Position numbers and translations under genes: made by a program. From NCBI GenBank assembly GCA_944392815.1, contig CALXXY010000007.1, forward strand, positions 1 to 26,893: 26,893 bases of DNA, given 5' to 3'. The notes beneath the pieces are model-generated. The model searched no databases, was not told where the DNA came from, and was given only the letters and a program-made list of their open reading frames with translations. Positions 25,504-26,893 of this stretch are shown in pieces (the stretch's first letter is position 1; each line of letters starts with the position of its first letter). The DNA comes from an uncultured Alphaproteobacteria bacterium (GTDB lineage: Bacteria; Pseudomonadota; Alphaproteobacteria; Rs-D84).

Positions 25504-26532
25504 ATGTCAAAATTTTCCCGTATTGTCACGCCCGCTGTTTTTTTGTCTGCTGTATTGCCGTGCGCGGCGCATGCCTGGCAATACGACAGCGGAAAATTCG
25601 GATTAAAAATAACTGGCTATGGCACAGGCGGGATTTTGGAAACAGATTTTGACAAACCCGGTTCAATTGGCGATTGGCGCGTGCGCGCAGAAATGGATTA
25701 CATGGCTACAGACACAAATACGCTTGGGTTGGTATACGCCATTGACGCCGCCGCCGTGGACGAAGAAAAATTCCTGCGCGAGGGGTTCACATACTGGCAA
25801 AACCGGAAATTTGGTCGCGTTGAATTGGGTTTGACCGATTCAATTGCGCGCAAAATGGGTGTTGGATTGCCGGACGTTGGCGGACTGCGCGTAAATGATA
25901 AACCGCTGTTTTATAAAAAAATTACACCACGCGGCCCGGTAATTTCTGATACCACGTTAACAACAGGGCGGGGCGGGTTGCGCATGAATTATGCGACCAT
26001 GCCAATTGGCGCGATGCAATACGGATTGTCCGTATCTGGATTAACAGACAACTATGATTACGCTGTCGACGGCGCAATAAAAATCCGCCAACCATCGGGC
26101 AAGGTTAAAACCGCATACGCCATTGGCGCGTCATTTATGTCACGCCCAGACGGATACAGAACCGACGCATACACCCCGCATGTATACGCTGATTGGCGCG
26201 CACAAATGTCCGCAGGGGTAAATGTTCAATATAACAGTTGGATTTTCGGCACAACTGCGCGCCTGATTTATGACGAAAATCCTGTTGGGCGTCCGTCCGA
26301 CGGACTGGCCGTGGGCACCGGCGTCAGTTATGATATTTTGAATTACAGCATATCATTAACATACATTTTTTCAGATACAGGCATTTGGAATCGCGATGTG
26401 GACGATTATATGGATCACACAGGTATCGCGTCATTTCGATATAAATACAGCGAAAATGTAGATGTTTGGATATCAGGCGGCCTGACCACGGAAACGCCGT
26501 TTTTGGCCGTCGGCCTGCGCCTGACCATCTAA
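25504..26532 (+). CDS. Outer-membrane porin (general diffusion type beta-barrel)
   Basis: Signal peptide ending AHA, LKITGYG first strand, FGRVELG, alternating beta strands, terminal AVGLRLTI. Confidence 0.78.
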   Translation: MSKFSRIVTPAVFLSAVLPCAAHAWQYDSGKFGLKITGYGTGGILETDFDKPGSIGDWRVRAEMDYMATDTNTLGLVYAIDAAAVDEEKFLREGFTYWQNRKFGRVELGLTDSIARKMGVGLPDVGGLRVNDKPLFYKKITPRGPVISDTTLTTGRGGLRMNYATMPIGAMQYGLSVSGLTDNYDYAVDGAIKIRQPSGKVKTAYAIGASFMSRPDGYRTDAYTPHVYADWRAQMSAGVNVQYNSWIFGTTARLIYDENPVGRPSDGLAVGTGVSYDILNYSISLTYIFSDTGIWNRDVDDYMDHTGIASFRYKYSENVDVWISGGLTTETPFLAVGLRLTI

Positions 26533-26536
26533 TCGT

Positions 26537-26893
26537 TTATTTCTGCGACAGCGGCGCCAATTCTTTTGTTTCTTTGGTTTGTGGAATGTAAATGCGCGGA
26601 TTGCCACTGTATCCTAATGCCGCATGGTGCGACGGGATTAAAAATTCAGGCAATGGGCTGCACGCACCCATGGCCATAAAACTGGCCAGACGCGGATCTT
26701 CGAACGCGAATTGTTTGTCGGCCTCGATTGGGCGATGGTACCAACCCTGGAATATCACCAATTGTTTTTTGTGATCCAATTTCATAATGTCCATGGGGGT
26801 GTACAGGGGTTCTTCGGATTTTTCTTCTTTTTCTTTGCCATCAGGCCCCTTGACAGTTTTGATTTTAATTTTATCGCCCATCATGTCGGAAAA
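26537..26893 (-). CDS. 3' end of a probable VirD4/TraG type IV secretion coupling protein (partial)
   Basis: EPLYTPMDIMKL..KQLVI...RPIEADKQFAFEDP follows the T4CP C-terminal pattern. The frame stays open to the window edge; Walker motifs are not in the window. Confidence 0.6.
   Translation of the reverse strand, partial: FSDMMGDKIKIKTVKGPDGKEKEEKSEEPLYTPMDIMKLDHKKQLVIFQGWYHRPIEADKQFAFEDPRLASFMAMGACSPLPEFLIPSHHAALGYSGNPRIYIPQTKETKELAPLSQK

Overview
Mostly core chromosome of an alphaproteobacterium with compact, rearranged operons. The style suggests a reduced, host-associated lineage; a gut Rs-D84-like group is my unverified guess. Genetic code 11. Housekeeping genes: xseB, mutS, truB, rpsO, rlmN, surA-like, lptD, one lptF/G, nusA, infB, der, bamB-like, yfgM-like, rpoH, a porin, and the 3' end of a probable VirD4/TraG coupling protein. 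Accessory content: (i) a cytoplasmic BspA-type LRR protein fused to an apparent minimal protein-kinase domain; (ii) two secreted Cys-rich proteins; (iii) a ~750-bp intergenic mosaic of at least four palindromic REP-like families, with one element inserted exactly in the loop of another; (iv) a TrpF-like barrel without trp genes; (v) a lone T7-type tail-fibre gene with a near-consensus promoter followed by two tandem terminators, sitting inside the yfgM-bamB-der operon. Three signal-less orphan proteins end in basic tails with a terminal Arg and may be T4SS substrates. No tRNA, rRNA, CRISPR array, transposase or integrase was recognised. All calls come from motif reading by eye; no database searches were run.
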